From: a virus
Lineage: Duplodnaviria; Heunggongvirae; Uroviricota; Caudoviricetes
Reading direction: 5' to 3' (one strand)
Length of the DNA: 64,000 bases
IMG/VR virus record: IMGVR_UViG_3300005337_000004
Location: 60,745-124,744 of that record
Shown here: positions 46,875-56,598 of the stretch, in pieces
Layout of the letters: each line of letters opens with the position of its first letter
Position numbering within the stretch: position 1 is the first letter of the stretch
Notes under the pieces: model-generated
Seen by the model: the letters and a program-made list of their open reading frames with translations, nothing else
Told to the model about the DNA's origin: nothing
Databases searched by the model: none
Program-made: the position numbers and the translations under genes

Positions 46875-47188
46875 AGCGCCCAAGCTTCCGCCGCCGCCCC
46901 GTTGAGCGCTGCCGCCCGGTCACGGTTGAGGTCGACGGCGAGCAGATCACCGTGCCCGTGCTCGCCGAGCAGCCGATGAGCGATGAAGGCCGCGCTGCCC
47001 TGGCCGAGATCGTTACCGCAGCCCGGCGCAAGTTCGACGCCGAGGCCGGACAACGCTGCGGCCACACCATGCCGAGCGTGCCAGCCGAACGCGTTCTCGT
47101 GTGCACCAAGCAGCCGCACCCCAACAGCCCGTGGCACGCCGACGGCAGTGGCGCCCGGTGGCGACAGGACCAGGAGGATCACCGATGA
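46871..47188 (+). CDS. hypothetical protein
   Basis: GTGA overlap with the upstream gene. Confidence 0.4.
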   Translation: MKRPSFRRRPVERCRPVTVEVDGEQITVPVLAEQPMSDEGRAALAEIVTAARRKFDAEAGQRCGHTMPSVPAERVLVCTKQPHPNSPWHADGSGARWRQDQEDHR

Positions 47189-48036
47189 GCGACGTTCACG
47201 ACGGGCAAGGCGGGGACGGTGCGGCTGCCGAAGTCGTCGGCCTGCTCCGCTCGCTGCCCCGCACGAAGATCACGCCGGAGAACATCACGCAGCACATGAT
47301 CGACCGCTGGTACAGCGAGAAGGGCGAGTGCCTCGACGAGATCCGCAACCTCCGCGAGCAGCTGGCCGCCGCGACCGCACGCGCCGAGAAGGGGAAGGCG
47401 CTGCACCGCGATCTCGCCCGCAGCACCATGCGGCACATGGAGAAGCTCGGCGCTGAGCGGGACAAGGCGAACCTGCGGGCGGCAAAGCTCCGGCTGGTCG
47501 CCGCCAGCATGTTGCAGACGTTCGTTGATGACGTGCACCCTGGCTACGCGGCAAAGCAGAGCCGTGCGGTACCGCTGGAGGACTTCAAGCGGTGGCGGCG
47601 CGTCGTGCGGGAAACAAGCTTGGCTGCCGACACGGACGACGGATCCGGCTGGACCGCCGAGGAGAACGCCGAGTTCGAGCAGCGCTACGGCGTCAAGGCC
47701 GCAATCCGGTTGCGGGCTGCGAACGACCGCGTCTGGCAGATCGTGCAGGAGTTGCGGCAGGCCGCTGCCGATGAGGGCCGCGACCCGCACCAGGACCCGA
47801 TGGCGCGCCGGCTGTCGGCCGCGCTTGTTGGCGCCGAAGTCGACACCAGCCCGCGGAGTCTCCCCAGCGGACCGACGACGGAGTACCGGTACGTCCTGGC
47901 CGACGGCAGCGAGTCCGAGTTCGAGCTGCACAACGAAGGCCCGTGCGGCTGCCGGCGCGAGGAGCGGCCGGTGTATGTCGGCGACTGGCGTCCGGCACCG
48001 CATAGGCAGGTCAACAAGACGGAGGACGAGCGGTGA
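47185..48036 (+). CDS. hypothetical protein
   Basis: ATGA overlap. 283 aa, helical. Confidence 0.45.
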   Translation: MSDVHDGQGGDGAAAEVVGLLRSLPRTKITPENITQHMIDRWYSEKGECLDEIRNLREQLAAATARAEKGKALHRDLARSTMRHMEKLGAERDKANLRAAKLRLVAASMLQTFVDDVHPGYAAKQSRAVPLEDFKRWRRVVRETSLAADTDDGSGWTAEENAEFEQRYGVKAAIRLRAANDRVWQIVQELRQAAADEGRDPHQDPMARRLSAALVGAEVDTSPRSLPSGPTTEYRYVLADGSESEFELHNEGPCGCRREERPVYVGDWRPAPHRQVNKTEDER

Positions 48037-48224
48037 ACATTCGTCAGGTGTACGTGGTCGAGAACGAGGACTGGCTCGCGCCGAAGTCCAACCTCACCGA
48101 CCAGCAGGCCTACGACGCGATTGTGCGGCTGTGGCAGGACGTCAGCGGCGAGCAGTACGACGCGGCTATCGCGGATCTGGCAACCGCGGGGCTGTGCGAC
48201 GGAGCGGAGGACGACCGTGGCTGA
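48033..48224 (+). CDS. small hypothetical protein
   Basis: 63-aa ORF. Confidence 0.3.
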   Translation: MNIRQVYVVENEDWLAPKSNLTDQQAYDAIVRLWQDVSGEQYDAAIADLATAGLCDGAEDDRG

Positions 48225-48705
48225 GGTGAGAAGCGAGGAGCGGCTGGCGGAGATCCGCAAGACCGTCCAGCGACACGACTACCAGCACCTTGTTGTCCTT
48301 GGCGACTGCGACAGGGACTGCCCGGCGTGCGCGGTTGATGACCTGCTGGCCGAGGTGGACCGGCTGGACATCCAGGCCGTGTACATGCGCGAGCAGATGG
48401 AGCAGATGAATCAGGTCATTGAAGAACGCAAGATGCAGACGGTGGTGTACCGGGCGCTGGCCGAAGAGCACCAGAAGCGCGGCAACAAGCTGAGTGCGCA
48501 ACTGGTCAAGGCCGGCGAGACACGGGGCGCCCTGGCGGTGGCTATGGAACTGCTCGACCGGCTCGCCGACGGCGCAGAATGCCGGCTCGACCAGCACGGC
48601 TACTGCCAGAGGCACAGCCAGCACAAGATGCCATGCCCACACCCGCTGGCAACGCAGTTGGTGGCGGCATGGCACGAGGTTGACCGGGAGGCGCCGAATG
48701 CCTGA
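48217..48705 (+). CDS. hypothetical Cys-rich protein
   Basis: GTG start. Contains CDRDCPAC...CQRHSQHKMPCPHP. Confidence 0.4.
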   Translation: MAEVRSEERLAEIRKTVQRHDYQHLVVLGDCDRDCPACAVDDLLAEVDRLDIQAVYMREQMEQMNQVIEERKMQTVVYRALAEEHQKRGNKLSAQLVKAGETRGALAVAMELLDRLADGAECRLDQHGYCQRHSQHKMPCPHPLATQLVAAWHEVDREAPNA

Positions 48706-48922
48706 CGCGCCGAAGCACACCACCCGGTTCATCCTTGTGCGTTCCGGTTTCGACCCGGACACCAGCCCGTGCGACACCTGGAATCCGTGCTGGACCGAGA
48801 AGGAGGCGCGGGCTGCCCGGAAAGCTGCCGCATTCTCCGCGCCGGGAAGCACGCGCCAGGTGATCGTGCGGGTCGACACCACGTACACGATCGTGGACAA
48901 CGGCGGGACCGGGCAGGCGTGA
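48698..48922 (+). CDS. small hypothetical protein
   Basis: ATG with an overlap. Confidence 0.35.
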   Translation: MPDAPKHTTRFILVRSGFDPDTSPCDTWNPCWTEKEARAARKAAAFSAPGSTRQVIVRVDTTYTIVDNGGTGQA

Positions 48923-49179
48923 TGCCACGCGACCCGCACAAGATTTACCGCAACGACCGGCAGCGCGAAGCTGTATGGGAAGCGCTCGACGCGCTGCCGG
49001 CCGGGGCGGAGTTCACGCTGCGACAACTGTGGCGTGGCGAGGTCGGAGTTCGGCGCTATCCCGCATCGTTCCCGATGACGGCGGACGTGCTGCGTGACGC
49101 GGTCCGTGTCGGGGCGGTGGAGTGTGTCGGCCGGCTGCGGACGCAGGGGGCGCCAAAGGTGTACCGGCGGGTGCGGTAA
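48922..49179 (+). CDS. hypothetical protein
   Basis: 85-aa ORF. Confidence 0.35.
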   Translation: MPRDPHKIYRNDRQREAVWEALDALPAGAEFTLRQLWRGEVGVRRYPASFPMTADVLRDAVRVGAVECVGRLRTQGAPKVYRRVR

Positions 49180-49193
49180 TGGACGGCAGCGCG

Positions 49194-49676
49194 TTAGGAC
49201 CCGGGCTCGCTGTCGCTTGGCATCGGCACGTCAGGGTTCTTTCGACGGAAGGCCTTGATGCGGCGGCGGATGTGCTCGTTGAGGTCCTTGGTCCGGTCGG
49301 TGTCCTCGGCATCGCAAACGACCTTGTAGTCAGCCCAGTCGTCTTCGCTGATTCGGATGGCCTTGGCCTTGGTGCTGTTCCAGTTGCGCCAGTTGCGGTT
49401 GCGCGGGAGTCGTTCACGAGGCTTGCCGACCACGTTGTAAATCGGCTTCTCAGTTCGTATGGCTTCCAACTCTTCAGCGGCGGCATCCTGGCGACAGGGG
49501 TGCCACGCCAGGGTGCGTTCGGCAACCTGCGACCACCACGGCTTTCGTTTCGCATGGTCGCGCCATCGAGCCGCAGGGCTATCCGTGATCCCGACATACA
49601 GGAGGACCCCGGTGGAGTCGTAGAACCGGTATACGGCGGTCGGGATTGCATCGGCGGCAACGGGGTTGGCCGTCAT
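49194..49676 (-). CDS. GIY-YIG domain protein (reverse-strand island)
   Basis: N-terminal AVYRFYDSTGVLLYVGITDSPAARWRDH. Paralog of 20768..21121. Confidence 0.55.
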   Translation of the reverse strand: MTANPVAADAIPTAVYRFYDSTGVLLYVGITDSPAARWRDHAKRKPWWSQVAERTLAWHPCRQDAAAEELEAIRTEKPIYNVVGKPRERLPRNRNWRNWNSTKAKAIRISEDDWADYKVVCDAEDTDRTKDLNEHIRRRIKAFRRKNPDVPMPSDSEPGS

Positions 49677-49936
49677 TCGGATGCCTCCCTCTTGCGCACG
49701 ATCTCGGCAACGCGCTCCGTATTCGGCCGTTCGGGCAACTTCGCGCCCGGCCGGCGCAGATACCAGTGAATGAAGTCGCGTACCACGGCAGCCCGCTCCT
49801 TGCCGAAGTCCTTGGCTGCGGCTTCGAGGTCGCCCCAGTCCTCGTCGGAGATTCGCATCTGTCGAGCAGGGGTTTTGGGCGCGTTGGGCACGCCGGAACC
49901 GTATCCCGGCGTAGCTACAGATGGCAATGATCTCAC
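49673..49936 (-). CDS. small protein, possible DNA-binding partner
   Basis: 87-aa ORF co-directional and overlapping with the - strand GIY-YIG gene. Confidence 0.35.
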   Translation of the reverse strand: MRSLPSVATPGYGSGVPNAPKTPARQMRISDEDWGDLEAAAKDFGKERAAVVRDFIHWYLRRPGAKLPERPNTERVAEIVRKREASE

Positions 49937-50020
49937 CCTTTCGGTGTAGCTACAGATTATCGTCCGAACTGCTTGCGGTGTAGCTACACCTCAGGTTACG
50001 GTGTAGCTACACCAGAAGCA
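49908..50020. repeat. array of four 10-bp palindromes TGTAGCTACA (operator/iteron-like)
   Basis: GCGTAGCTACAGAT and three copies of GGTGTAGCTACA(G/C) within about 110 bp, between the divergent - strand island and the + gene at 50032. Confidence 0.55.
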
Positions 50021-50031
50021 AGGGAGGCCCG

Positions 50032-50220
50032 ATGTACAAGCTCCGCACCAACACCGGCACGCTGCAGTTCCCGACGATCGACGCCGCCAAGACCCATATC
50101 GACCGCCTGTACCAGCAGGGTTTGATCCGCAACGGCCACATCGAGTCGGTGCAGGGCCCGGACGGCAGCTACATCGGCCTGCACCTGTCGTTCGGTGTCG
50201 TCATGGAAACCCGGTTCTGA
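50032..50220 (+). CDS. small hypothetical protein
   Basis: GGGAGG RBS. 62 aa. Confidence 0.35.
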   Translation: MYKLRTNTGTLQFPTIDAAKTHIDRLYQQGLIRNGHIESVQGPDGSYIGLHLSFGVVMETRF

Positions 50221-50222
50221 TC

Positions 50223-50444
50223 GTGGCCGGCCAGAAGCGCGCACTACTCAAGCAGTGGAACACCGCCTCCGACGTGCTGGCGGCGCACGCGACCGAGCAC
50301 CCCGTGTGCGCGTTCCCCGTTCAGCGCTGGGGCTGCCCGGACTGGCGCCGTCTCAACGACGTGGTCGACGACATCGAGGGCCAGATGATGGCGCTGCGGA
50401 TGCCGCACCCGAACAACATCACCGACGACGACCTCGACGACTGA
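50223..50444 (+). CDS. small hypothetical protein
   Basis: 73-aa ORF. Confidence 0.3.
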   Translation: MAGQKRALLKQWNTASDVLAAHATEHPVCAFPVQRWGCPDWRRLNDVVDDIEGQMMALRMPHPNNITDDDLDD

Positions 50445-50527
50445 CCGCCCCCGGCAGCAACTGGGCTACGTGCCCGGCGGCTGCCGCAGGCGGTTGGGCC
50501 GCGAAAACCGACCCGAAAGGCTTGCAG

Positions 50528-50908
50528 ATGACCGAGCCACTTCCCACCTGGATCCGCGACGCAGCCAAGGCACGCGCCCTCGCCAGCATCCGCAACCCGC
50601 AGCGCGACGCCAGCATCCGCAAGCTGGCGCAGGCGATGGCCGCGAACACGATCCAGCCCGGAACCGTCGTGGTCTACTCCAGGAGCTTCGCTGACCACCA
50701 CGGACCGGCCGTGTACATCGGACCGTCCGGCGACTACCCGGCTGGCGAGGAGATCCGCTACACCCTGATCTTCTGCGGCCTGCCGAAGCTCGAAGGCGTT
50801 GGCCGTGCCTCGTTCACCGTTGCGGGCCCGGATGACGAAGTTCCCGGCGAAGTCCGCGAGCTGGGCGCCGCAATTGCCCAGCTTCGCCGTGGACGCGGAG
50901 ACACGTAA
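50528..50908 (+). CDS. hypothetical protein
   Basis: ATG start. 126 aa. Confidence 0.4.
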   Translation: MTEPLPTWIRDAAKARALASIRNPQRDASIRKLAQAMAANTIQPGTVVVYSRSFADHHGPAVYIGPSGDYPAGEEIRYTLIFCGLPKLEGVGRASFTVAGPDDEVPGEVRELGAAIAQLRRGRGDT

Positions 50909-50963
50909 TGCCCGCCCGCATAACGCCAGCCCGGTACCCGAACACCCGTTAGGAGAACTGATC

Positions 50964-51236
50964 ATGGTCGCTACCACCCCGTCAGGGCAGGTGATCACCT
51001 GCGACGGTTGCGGAGCCCCCATCGAGGAGGTCCGCGACGACATGAAGCACCCGGTGCTGTACCCGCACCAGTGGGCCGAGAAGAACGTGGTCTACATCGT
51101 CTGCTCGCCGCTGCCCGATGGGACCCAGCCGTGCTTGGTCCTTGCGCAGCTGGCCGACGAATTGTTCGAATCCACTAAGTGTCGCGTGCCCGGCTGCACC
51201 GGAGATCGCTGCAATGCCACACGGAGGCAGCCGTGA
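50964..51236 (+). CDS. Cys-rich protein
   Basis: AGGAGA RBS. Contains CDGCG...[11 protein letters not shown]. Confidence 0.4.
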   Translation: MVATTPSGQVITCDGCGAPIEEVRDDMKHPVLYPHQWAEKNVVYIVCSPLPDGTQPCLVLAQLADELFESTKCRVPGCTGDRCNATRRQP

Positions 51237-51451
51237 GCACTTCCAGGCCGCCCTTGAAGGTCGTTCCCGGCCAGATCTGGGCCGACAAGGACCGGCGCAG
51301 CGCCGGCCGCACCGTTCGGATCCTTGAGGTCGACGGCATTCGGTACGCGATCGTCCAGAGCCCGACCGGCCTCGGCCGCAAGTCCCGCGTGCAGTACGAC
51401 CAGTACGGGCTGCGCGGCTACCGGCTGGTTTCGCAGCCCAAGGAGAACTGA
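51233..51451 (+). CDS. small hypothetical protein
   Basis: GTGA overlap with the upstream gene. Confidence 0.35.
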   Translation: MSTSRPPLKVVPGQIWADKDRRSAGRTVRILEVDGIRYAIVQSPTGLGRKSRVQYDQYGLRGYRLVSQPKEN

Positions 51452-51455
51452 CGCG

Positions 51456-51749
51456 ATGAACACCGAAGCCACCCTGACCGGCACCATCACCATCCACCCG
51501 GCCGCCGGAACCGACGACCTGGACCGGATCCCCGAGACCAGCTACGTCCGCGTGAACCACGACGGCACCGCAATCGTACCCAGCGGTGAGGCGCCGCTGT
51601 CTACCGAGTCCGTCGCGCGTGAGGTTCGCGCACTGATCGAGGCGCTTCACGGTTTCGAGTTCGACGGCATCCTGATCCAGACCGCCGCCTCGAAGTACGG
51701 GTCGGCCCGCTCCCGGATTGTCGTGACCGACTTGGTTGTGAGGTTCTGA
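51456..51749 (+). CDS. hypothetical protein
   Basis: AAGGAGA RBS. 97 aa. Confidence 0.4.
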   Translation: MNTEATLTGTITIHPAAGTDDLDRIPETSYVRVNHDGTAIVPSGEAPLSTESVAREVRALIEALHGFEFDGILIQTAASKYGSARSRIVVTDLVVRF

Positions 51750-51750
51750 C

Positions 51751-51966
51751 GTGCCCACCCGCATGTCCCTCGCCGAGTTCACCGACGCAATCAACCGCGA
51801 GGACGGCTCGCTGCTGCGACTGTTCGCCTACACCCCGGTTGACCCGCACCGCGCGCCGGCCGAGCTGTACCACCTGTGCGTGGCCGCGAATCTTCAGTTC
51901 GAGGTGTTCAACGCGACGCTCGACCGCATCGCCGAGGTGCTCGGCATCGAACGAGAGGAGATCTGA
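51751..51966 (+). CDS. small hypothetical protein
   Basis: 71-aa ORF. Confidence 0.35.
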   Translation: MPTRMSLAEFTDAINREDGSLLRLFAYTPVDPHRAPAELYHLCVAANLQFEVFNATLDRIAEVLGIEREEI

Positions 51967-52361
51967 TGAACGACAACTGGCTGTTTTTCAAGGCGTGCGG
52001 CCACCCGTTCGGGCTGCACGTTGCCACGCCCACGGTGCAGACCGAGCGGCAGGCGTGGAACGCCTTCTACGACACCGAGAGGCAGCGGCGCGCCGCCGAG
52101 GACCGCGGCGTCACCTGCCGGCGCGTGGACCACGACACCTACCGCGAGCAGTACTACCAGCTCCTGCGTAACGGCTGCGACTGCAGGCCCGCGCCGGAAC
52201 AACTGCCCGCAGGCCGCGGCGTCTGTTCCGTGTGCGACCGCGAAATGCGGGTGCTGAAGGACGGCACCATCGGCCCGCACACCACCGGCCGCCCCGACCC
52301 GTACTGGTCGGGGCATTCACCCCGCTGCCCCGGGTGGGGACGCAAGCCGAAGGAGGCCTGA
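51966..52361 (+). CDS. Cys/His-rich protein
   Basis: Contains CGHPFG...CDCRP...CSVCD...CPGW. Confidence 0.4.
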   Translation: MNDNWLFFKACGHPFGLHVATPTVQTERQAWNAFYDTERQRRAAEDRGVTCRRVDHDTYREQYYQLLRNGCDCRPAPEQLPAGRGVCSVCDREMRVLKDGTIGPHTTGRPDPYWSGHSPRCPGWGRKPKEA

Positions 52362-52363
52362 TC

Positions 52364-52732
52364 ATGATCGTGCCCACTACTGCCGAGATCGCCGAGGGCG
52401 TCCGCACCAAAATGGCCGCCCAGCCCGACCGCCTGGCCGAAGCCAAGCCGTTGGCTGACGCACTCGTGGAGCAGTTGCGAGAGCGCATTCCGAACGCCGA
52501 CCCCGCGGTCATCGCCGCCGTCCTGCTGCACGCCGGCAGTTACGTCGGTTACCGCGTCTGGGACCAGATGAGCGAGCTCTGGATCGAGATGGACCGCTTC
52601 CACATGCGCACCGCAAACGCGATCGTTGTCGCCGGCGAGCAACTGTTCACCGAAGTTACCGGGGTGGCGATCGCTGCCGGGCCCGACGAGAAGCGCTCGT
52701 TCATTATGGCCGACTACCGCGAGCAGATGTAG
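52364..52732 (+). CDS. hypothetical protein
   Basis: AGGAGG RBS. 122 aa. Confidence 0.4.
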   Translation: MIVPTTAEIAEGVRTKMAAQPDRLAEAKPLADALVEQLRERIPNADPAVIAAVLLHAGSYVGYRVWDQMSELWIEMDRFHMRTANAIVVAGEQLFTEVTGVAIAAGPDEKRSFIMADYREQM

Positions 52733-52745
52733 GCGGGAGCGGGCC

Positions 52746-52943
52746 ATGAAGCTAAACGACAAGACCGCCCAGAAGTTGGGCCTGCTGGCCATCGAGGTTC
52801 GGCACCGCGCCAACGATTACGACACGTTCTCCTCTGACGAGGCGTGGCAGACCCGTGCCGGCCAGCTTGACCGGGCTGCGGATCTACTAAGCGAGGCTGC
52901 GCGCATCTTGGATACCGCGCTGGTGAAGGAAGGCGAGAGCTGA
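52746..52943 (+). CDS. small hypothetical protein
   Basis: 65-aa ORF. Confidence 0.35.
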   Translation: MKLNDKTAQKLGLLAIEVRHRANDYDTFSSDEAWQTRAGQLDRAADLLSEAARILDTALVKEGES

Positions 52944-53323
52944 TGGCCACCTACCGCGCCGACCTGACCGGCGATCATCACCGCCTCATCGCGCACCTGT
53001 TGCCCGGCGATCGCCTGATCCTCACCTGGTCGGCTGGCGAGAAGGCCATCGACGCCGACCCGGACTTGCCGTGGCTCGAGGTGTTCGACACCGACCCGAT
53101 CCCGCGGATTTGCCGCTACGGCACCGCTGCGGGGCTGGCGCAGAACACCCGGGTTCGGCAGCGTCCGCCGGTCACGGAGGCGGCGCGTGCGGTCCGGGCT
53201 GGCGGGGTCGTATACGTAACGTGCGAGCGGCGGCAGGACACCGACCGGTTCGGGCAGCCGTTCGGGCCGGCGGTGCTAATGCCGTCCGGGCATGTGCTGG
53301 TTGAGGCGGAGGTGAGCGTCTGA
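52943..53323 (+). CDS. hypothetical protein
   Basis: 126-aa ORF. Confidence 0.4.
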   Translation: MATYRADLTGDHHRLIAHLLPGDRLILTWSAGEKAIDADPDLPWLEVFDTDPIPRICRYGTAAGLAQNTRVRQRPPVTEAARAVRAGGVVYVTCERRQDTDRFGQPFGPAVLMPSGHVLVEAEVSV

Positions 53324-53679
53324 TGGGCGCCTTCGACAAGACCACGTTCACTGACCATGGCGACATCCGCGTCCTACACGTCCCGGCCGAGCTGGAGGTG
53401 TATACGGCCCCGAGCCTGCGCGAGGCCTCGGTGGATGCCGTGAACGACGGTCGCTACCACCTGTTGGTGGACCTGTCGCAGACCACGTTCATCGACAGCA
53501 CTGGCTGGGGTGTCCTGGTTGGCATGCGCAAACGGGTCGGCAGGTACGGCGGCACGATGCGCCTGGCCGGCCCGATCAGCGGTGGCGTCAACAGCGGACT
53601 GAAGATCACCGGCCTGGCGAACGTGTTCGAGATCGTTGGCAGCGTTGAGGTCGCGATCGGCGCGGGAGACGAGGGCTGA
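53323..53679 (+). CDS. STAS-domain protein (anti-sigma-factor antagonist, SpoIIAA/RsbV-like)
   Basis: Contains LLVDLSQTTFIDSTGWGVLVGM, the typical STAS core. 118 aa. Confidence 0.6.
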   Translation: MGAFDKTTFTDHGDIRVLHVPAELEVYTAPSLREASVDAVNDGRYHLLVDLSQTTFIDSTGWGVLVGMRKRVGRYGGTMRLAGPISGGVNSGLKITGLANVFEIVGSVEVAIGAGDEG

Positions 53680-54092
53680 TGTACCGCGAGGGCAAGTTTG
53701 TGATGTCGCACCGCGGCTACGCGGTTGACCTGTCGAGCTTCCGCATCGACGAGATCCGTACCGGCTGGAAGGGCGAGTACGCCTGCGCCACCGTGAACGC
53801 GGTGTGGTTCCGCCGCAAGAACGGCGTCAGCCAGACCGTGGCTGGTGAACTGTCGGACTCTCAGTGGGATATCCCGAAGGACGCCGTGCAGTTCCTGGAG
53901 CAGTACGAGGACGGACGCTACGGCGGCACGCCGTTTACCCGCTGGGACGGCACCGGCGTTTGGTACGCCGGCCAGGACCCGGAGGAGAACGCGCGGCACC
54001 TGGAGCTGCTGCGGACAGTTCTCGACGCGTACCACGCGAACCCTGCGGCGCCGGACCTCAGCGAGCGGTGGAATCGGTGGTGGAGGTTCTGA
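53679..54092 (+). CDS. hypothetical protein
   Basis: 137-aa ORF. Confidence 0.4.
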   Translation: MYREGKFVMSHRGYAVDLSSFRIDEIRTGWKGEYACATVNAVWFRRKNGVSQTVAGELSDSQWDIPKDAVQFLEQYEDGRYGGTPFTRWDGTGVWYAGQDPEENARHLELLRTVLDAYHANPAAPDLSERWNRWWRF

Positions 54093-54451
54093 TGTCTACG
54101 TTCAACCCTGGCGACCAGGTGCTGCTCAGCCTCGACTACAGCTACGCCATCGGCACCGTCGAAGAGCCCGCACGCAAAAGCGACAGTTTCGCCGTTCGCA
54201 TGCTCGGTGGGCGCCGCCTCTCCGAAGTCGAGATCACCGAGATGCGGCACCTGCCGCCCGATGTCCCGATGCTTCAGTGGGGATCCCGGGTGCGCGTCCA
54301 AGACAACGCCCCCCGGTGTGTCGGACGCCCCGGTTCGGTCTATCACGGGGAGTTCATCGCCAACGTCTTCGGCTACTGGGTCCTCCTTGACTCGAACGAC
54401 CAGACCTGGATCCCAGCCGACGCGCTTATGGCGGAAGCAGGTAAGGACTGA
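54092..54451 (+). CDS. hypothetical protein
   Basis: 119-aa ORF. Confidence 0.4.
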   Translation: MSTFNPGDQVLLSLDYSYAIGTVEEPARKSDSFAVRMLGGRRLSEVEITEMRHLPPDVPMLQWGSRVRVQDNAPRCVGRPGSVYHGEFIANVFGYWVLLDSNDQTWIPADALMAEAGKD

Positions 54452-54657
54452 TGCCCACGTTCTGTCGATACCAGTGTCCAGCCCACCACGGCGTCTACGT
54501 CCACACCGCCGACTGCCCGGTTGTTCCGGAGCAGCCGGCGTGCGACGGGTGCGCCGACGAGATCAGGGCGTCGCAGCTGGCCCGGCGGAAGCCGAGCGTC
54601 GGCGAGGCCATCATCGCGCTCATTCCGGGCGCCGAAGGAGCGGGGATCAAGCCATGA
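54451..54657 (+). CDS. small zinc-binding protein
   Basis: CRYQCPAHH...CPV...CDGC pattern. Confidence 0.35.
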   Translation: MPTFCRYQCPAHHGVYVHTADCPVVPEQPACDGCADEIRASQLARRKPSVGEAIIALIPGAEGAGIKP

Positions 54658-54908
54658 CCAACAAGACCACCGCTGCAGAAGACCGCTCCATCCACGAGCA
54701 CGTCCGCTCCCTACGCAAGGTGAAGCTGACGTTCAACGAGGACCAGATCTGGGTGCTGTACCGGCTGCTCGTCCGCGAACGGAGCAATGGCGCGCCGACG
54801 CTGCTGCCGGGGCTGTCCCGCGAGCACGACCATGCGATGGGCATGGCGCTGGCGCAGTTGTCCGATGCCTACATCGACCTGACCACACCAAAGGAAGGCG
54901 GCGTCTGA
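54654..54908 (+). CDS. small hypothetical protein
   Basis: 84-aa ORF. Confidence 0.35.
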   Translation: MTNKTTAAEDRSIHEHVRSLRKVKLTFNEDQIWVLYRLLVRERSNGAPTLLPGLSREHDHAMGMALAQLSDAYIDLTTPKEGGV

Positions 54909-55342
54909 TGCCGATCCCCACCGCAGAGCAGATCCTGTACGTCCTTAACGACTGCGAGCCGATCGACCTGGAGGCACTGGAATTCTGCGTCATCACCGGC
55001 GGATCCCGCCGCGACGTGTACGGCAGAAGGCTGCCGGACGACGCGCCGGCCGACTACCGGGGCTTCGAGTACGGCGAGCTCCTGATCCTCAACGAGTCCG
55101 GCCGGGAGCCGTTCGGCGACCACCGCAACCCGTCGAAGTGGTCGGTGACGACGTTCGAGACCAAGGACTACGACGCCGCGCTTGCCCTGTCCGAGCTGAT
55201 CAAGTCGGGCCTGGCGAAGCAGGACGGCCTGTACGAGTGGTCGGACGGGCTGTGGGTTCGGCCCGACGACCAGGCCGGCGCCAACGGGCGCAGGCGGAAC
55301 GACCGCGGTGCGCTGATCGCACGGATCGGAGACAACGACTGA
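54908..55342 (+). CDS. hypothetical protein
   Basis: 144-aa ORF. Confidence 0.4.
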   Translation: MPIPTAEQILYVLNDCEPIDLEALEFCVITGGSRRDVYGRRLPDDAPADYRGFEYGELLILNESGREPFGDHRNPSKWSVTTFETKDYDAALALSELIKSGLAKQDGLYEWSDGLWVRPDDQAGANGRRRNDRGALIARIGDND

Positions 55343-55764
55343 TGGGCTACATGAGACACAACGCGATCGTCGCCGTCGTGAACGGCTACATCTTTGGCCA
55401 GCCGGAAGCCCCGGACGTTGAGGCGTTCCGCGCATCGCTGCCCGTCGAGTGGCAGCACCTGGTCGTCGGCCCGGTGAAGTCGGTCATGAACGACTACGTG
55501 ACGTTCGTGTTCGCGGCCGACGGATCCAAGGAAGGCTGGGGTGCCTCCGACAATGGCGACCTCTACCGGGAGCAGTTCGTCGACCTGTTCCGGCCGGCCT
55601 ACGAGAAGGGCTACGACCCGTCCGACGTACTGATCGTGGACGCCCGCTTCGGCGGTGACGAGCCCGGCGGCTACGGCGAGGACGAGCTGATCGTCTCAAC
55701 GAACTTCCGCGACGACCGGGTGCGGCTGGACATGGTGGTCGACGACGCGGAGGACGAGGCCTGA
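55342..55764 (+). CDS. hypothetical protein
   Basis: 140-aa ORF. Confidence 0.4.
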   Translation: MGYMRHNAIVAVVNGYIFGQPEAPDVEAFRASLPVEWQHLVVGPVKSVMNDYVTFVFAADGSKEGWGASDNGDLYREQFVDLFRPAYEKGYDPSDVLIVDARFGGDEPGGYGEDELIVSTNFRDDRVRLDMVVDDAEDEA

Positions 55765-56249
55765 TGTCCAACGACACCCCCGCGATCAGCATCACTCCGT
55801 CGCTGACGTTCGCGGAGATAAAGTCCTTCGGCGACTTCCGCACCGTGTACTGCGTTCCGGCCGAGGGCGGGGGCGCCGGCGCTCTGGAGCCGAGCACCGG
55901 CATGAACTACCGCCCGAGTTTCGTTCAGTGGCACCTGCAGGACATCATCGACCACTTCCCGGCGCACGAGTTCGCCGGGTACGTCGAGTACCGGAACACG
56001 TCGGAAGACCAACCTCCGGTGGCGCGGTACTACGTGCGCGGCCGGCGCGTGGAGATGGTGACGCCGACGCTGGTGTGGCCAGACGACCCGCAGCCTGTTT
56101 CGGGGGCGGCGCGCCAGCAGATCGCCGCCGAGCTTGAGGCCCACGCCGAGTCGATCGGTTGGTACGAGGGCAGCGGCGTTTGGGCGGAAGCGCTTGACGT
56201 GGTCCGGCGGGAACCATGGACCCGACGGAACGAGGGCGACGATGACTGA
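55764..56249 (+). CDS. hypothetical protein
   Basis: 161-aa ORF. Confidence 0.4.
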   Translation: MSNDTPAISITPSLTFAEIKSFGDFRTVYCVPAEGGGAGALEPSTGMNYRPSFVQWHLQDIIDHFPAHEFAGYVEYRNTSEDQPPVARYYVRGRRVEMVTPTLVWPDDPQPVSGAARQQIAAELEAHAESIGWYEGSGVWAEALDVVRREPWTRRNEGDDD

Positions 56250-56598
56250 CGACCTCCTTGCCAACGTTGAGTTCTCCTCCCCGCGCCCCGGCATCGTTCA
56301 GATGACCCACGCCGCCGAGATCTGCGACGGCGAGCCCTGCGTCATCCACTCTCCCAGCAACCACCACATGGCCGCCTGGCCGACGACGTTCCGTTCCGAC
56401 CGGGCGATGCTGTGCCCCACGCATAAGAACCACGCGCTGGTGCTGACCGAACGGCTCTGCCAGCACAACTGCGGCCACCCGGATCCCGATTCGCTGACGT
56501 GGCTGCGGCTTCACGATCCGCTCGGGCTCGGCGCGTGGGCCACGCACGGGTGCTGCCGGTGCTGTGTTCCGGGCGAGACAGGGGAAGTCGATGCCTGA
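56242..56598 (+). CDS. Cys/His-rich protein
   Basis: Contains CDGEPC...HNCGHP...HGCCRCC. Confidence 0.4.
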   Translation: MTDDLLANVEFSSPRPGIVQMTHAAEICDGEPCVIHSPSNHHMAAWPTTFRSDRAMLCPTHKNHALVLTERLCQHNCGHPDPDSLTWLRLHDPLGLGAWATHGCCRCCVPGETGEVDA

